This document shows, piece after piece, positions 61,655-64,000 of a stretch of DNA of 64,000 nucleotides. Source of the stretch: Candidatus Latescibacterota bacterium. Lineage in GTDB: Bacteria > Latescibacterota > UBA2968 > GCA-2709665. The translations under genes were made by a program, and so were the position numbers. The notes beneath the pieces are model-generated. The model ran no database searches. It saw only the letters and a program-made list of their open reading frames with translations, and had not been told where the DNA came from. The stretch's first letter is position 1; each line of letters starts with the position of its first letter. The stretch spans positions 4,288,001 to 4,352,000 of the forward strand of contig CBDCOX010000002.1 in the NCBI GenBank assembly GCA_965219995.1, read 5' to 3'.

Positions 61655-61790
61655 CATCTAACGTCTACCCTCTACCGTCTCTTTCTCACCGGTTTTATCG
61701 CCCTGTGCGGTTTCATTTCTCGCCGGAGGCATAAAGGAAGACTCAATCGGGCAAGGACGTCATCTCCCGTCTACCGTCTCCCTTCTCACT
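61655..61790. repeat. ~140-bp direct repeat, copy 2
   Basis: Aligns to 60129-60270. Confidence 0.8.
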
Positions 61791-61816
61791 ACTTTCAGGT
61801 TTTTCATACTTGCCGT

Positions 61817-62851
61817 TCACCCCTGTTGCAGCGGCGCCGGCGTCTCCATCCGCTCGAGAGCTCTGCCATCCTCCTCTTGCCCACCGAACTGCATCGTGCG
61901 CGATCCGAGCAGGAGCAGGAGCAGGCCGAGCAGCATCCAGAAGATCTTCCGGATCCGCCGGATAATGCCCACGGCCAGTCCGGTCCCCGGCTCCAGTCCC
62001 ATGACATGAAACAGGAACACGTGCGCGCCTTCAAACACCCCCATACCGTAGGGAACGAATCCGAAGATCACGTTGATCACCATCATCAGTGCGTGGAACA
62101 GATAGACCGAAACGAACGGCAGCGGCTCACCCAGCACGTGCAGAATCAAATATATCTCCAGGGTGCCCAGGCACCACGTCACCAGGTGCATTCCCAGCAG
62201 GCCGGCCAGCCGCCACCCGTTCAGGCGGTAGAACGCGGCCAGATTCCGGTCGATCTCAGCGGCCCGGTCGCGGTACCGTTCCAGGAACCCGATCTTCAGC
62301 CGAATCAGCAGGTCCAAAAGCCCGGTAAACGGATTGCGGCGCTGCCTGATCACCGTCAGAACGGTGCCAACGACGGCGATGGCCAATGCGCCGAAGAGGG
62401 TCCACCGGATCTCATCGGGAAACACGAACCGATTGAGGCCCGCCAGAACGCCGACCAGAACGAAAATGAGGCCGCTGATCATTTCGCCCGTTTTCGTGAG
62501 TACGAGCGACGACACGCCGGCGGTGACGCCCATGCGCTGCCGAAGCATCATCACTTTGGCGAATTCCTTGCCGATCTGGGACGCCGGCATGACGTTGCCG
62601 AGCGCCTCGCCAACCAGTTTCACCCAGAGCAATGGCTTCAATGGGGGCTTTGCGGTCCCGTCGTCGAAACTTCCCCGCCATGCGCAGACATTATTCACGT
62701 AGGCGGCCAGGGTGATTCCGATAATGGGGACATATCCCCAACCCATCATCACCACGTGCCGCCACACCTCCGGTTCGCCAAGCTGATGGAGCAGCACGCC
62801 GAGGCAGGCGAGGCCCAGCAGCCAGAGCAGTACATATACTTCCCGTTTCAT
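61817..62851 (-). CDS. Lysylphosphatidylglycerol synthase TM / flippase-like domain protein (UPF0104)
   Basis: Multi-TM; GEALGNVMPASQIG.E..K and PYGMGVFEG..RRIR motifs; GAGGAG RBS. Confidence 0.8.
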   Translation of the reverse strand: MKREVYVLLWLLGLACLGVLLHQLGEPEVWRHVVMMGWGYVPIIGITLAAYVNNVCAWRGSFDDGTAKPPLKPLLWVKLVGEALGNVMPASQIGKEFAKVMMLRQRMGVTAGVSSLVLTKTGEMISGLIFVLVGVLAGLNRFVFPDEIRWTLFGALAIAVVGTVLTVIRQRRNPFTGLLDLLIRLKIGFLERYRDRAAEIDRNLAAFYRLNGWRLAGLLGMHLVTWCLGTLEIYLILHVLGEPLPFVSVYLFHALMMVINVIFGFVPYGMGVFEGAHVFLFHVMGLEPGTGLAVGIIRRIRKIFWMLLGLLLLLLGSRTMQFGGQEEDGRALERMETPAPLQQG

Positions 62852-62876
62852 CACGTTCTCCTCGAATACGAACCCG

Positions 62877-63524
62877 TTAGACGACAATCCTTTTGGCCGC
62901 GGTGATTACGGGAATTCCCCTTATTGCGCAGAGGGCGACGGTGAGGTAGGTCGCCCCGAGAGCGACCGTCTCCACCCCCGGTCCCAACCCGGACGCCAGG
63001 TCCGGCGACTGCAGCACCGCGTTCAGCATGAACAACGCCACGAACGCGATCACCTTCGAAATGCCATAGGTGGCCCGGCTCGCCCGGGAGGCGACCAGAC
63101 CCTTTCCGATTCGCGACCGCATCATCGTCTGATCTCCGAACGCCGTCTCTCCTCGCGAGAGCGCGCAACTCCGAATCGCGTCCGTCACGAATCCCCGGCT
63201 GAGGACGACCAGGGGAACCCAGAGGGGGATCAGATGCAGCCACGCGAACACCACCCACCACACGTTCTCCGCAATCCGATCCCCCACGATATCGAGCAAT
63301 CCGCCGACTTTGCTCTCGCATCCCAGTCGTCGCGCGGCGTACCCGTCCAGCCAGTCCATCAACAGCGCGGCGAACGCCAGGGGTACCGCAACCCAGGCCA
63401 GCACGGAGTCTCCGGTGACCGCAAAGGCCGACGCCAGAAAGAGGCAGACGACCCGGAAGGCGGTAATCAGGTTGGCGGTGTGACGCTGAAGGGTGGCTGC
63501 GAACGTCAATGTGTGTGCAGTCAT
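62877..63524 (-). CDS. CDP-alcohol phosphatidyltransferase (PgsA-like)
   Basis: ANLITAFR and DWLDGYAARRLG..S..GGLLD..GD signature; ATG 63524 with AGGAGG. Confidence 0.92.
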   Translation of the reverse strand: MTAHTLTFAATLQRHTANLITAFRVVCLFLASAFAVTGDSVLAWVAVPLAFAALLMDWLDGYAARRLGCESKVGGLLDIVGDRIAENVWWVVFAWLHLIPLWVPLVVLSRGFVTDAIRSCALSRGETAFGDQTMMRSRIGKGLVASRASRATYGISKVIAFVALFMLNAVLQSPDLASGLGPGVETVALGATYLTVALCAIRGIPVITAAKRIVV

Positions 63525-63554
63525 CACTTCCTCCTTTCTTGCAGGACACATTGC

Positions 63555-63569
63555 GCAAACCCCGTGCCA
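63555..63569 (-). promoter_or_regulatory. sigma54 promoter
   Basis: Canonical TGGCACG-N4-TTGC, ~30 bp upstream of the start. Confidence 0.85.
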
Positions 63570-63813
63570 TAACCGATTTCGCCCTTTATCAGGCGGATTC
63601 GACGGCAATTCGCGCGGAAGACGCGTGAGAGATGCCATAGGAAACTTGCACCTGCAAGCCCGGGTTTGCAGGAAACGGGCGCGGAGGCAACAAAAAACCG
63701 GAGACACGATGCGTGTCTCCGGACTCGAAGGGGGAAGGGGTCCCCGCCGGCGTCACCTGATACGGCTCTGGCCTTTCGCTTTTGGTTGACCGCTGAAGGC
63801 GGATTGCTGACAG

Positions 63814-64000
63814 CTATCTGTATTTCTCCGGATCGATCCCGAGTTCCCTGACTTTCTGCTGCAGCGCCTGCCGTTTCATTCCAATGGCGGGGGCCGTGCG
63901 GCTCATATTGCCCTTGTGGGTTTCCAGCGCCGATCGAATGAAGGCGGCTTCGAAAGCCTGAACGGCCTCCTGTTTTGCATCCTGAAACGACACGCCCTCC
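63814..64000 (-). CDS. 3' end of an NtrC/Fis-family regulator (partial)
   Basis: Translates SFQDAKQEAVQAFEAAFIRSALETHKGNMSRTAPAIGMKRQALQQKVRELGI...stop, a Fis-type HTH. Confidence 0.85.
   Translation of the reverse strand, partial: EGVSFQDAKQEAVQAFEAAFIRSALETHKGNMSRTAPAIGMKRQALQQKVRELGIDPEKYR

Overview
GC-rich bacterial DNA dominated by secreted, repeat-rich surface proteins, mostly on the minus strand. The mix of ankyrin, plant-type LRR, PD40, NHL-like, FN3, cadherin, Calx-beta, dockerin/cohesin and FlgD-Ig domains resembles a host-associated (e.g. sponge-symbiont) FCB-group genome; this is inference, not a database result. 1-23.4 kb: a duplicated and partly decayed family of secreted proteins built as [signal]-[cohesin-like]-[dockerin-like]-Gly linker-[variable payload], a cohesin+FlgD-Ig protein, mosaic pseudogenes of these modules, two ankyrin proteins, small lipoproteins, a decayed group II intron beside an IS630 fragment, and a 646-bp MITE whose empty site is also in the window. 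23.7-56.1 kb: a one-polypeptide GAF-PAS-HK-REC-wHTH regulator, two giant autotransporter adhesins (4426 and ~3302 aa) with paralogous C-terminal halves and different N-terminal halves, each with a sigma54 promoter and matching upstream sites, and a multi-PAS kinase/NtrC-type activator pair. 56.4-64 kb: five paralogous small lipoprotein-like genes at ~610-bp period with a conserved spacer motif, a possibly related larger protein, a sigma54-preceded phospholipid gene pair, and the 3' end of another NtrC-type gene. No rRNA, tRNA or CRISPR seen. All domain calls and alignments were made by eye.
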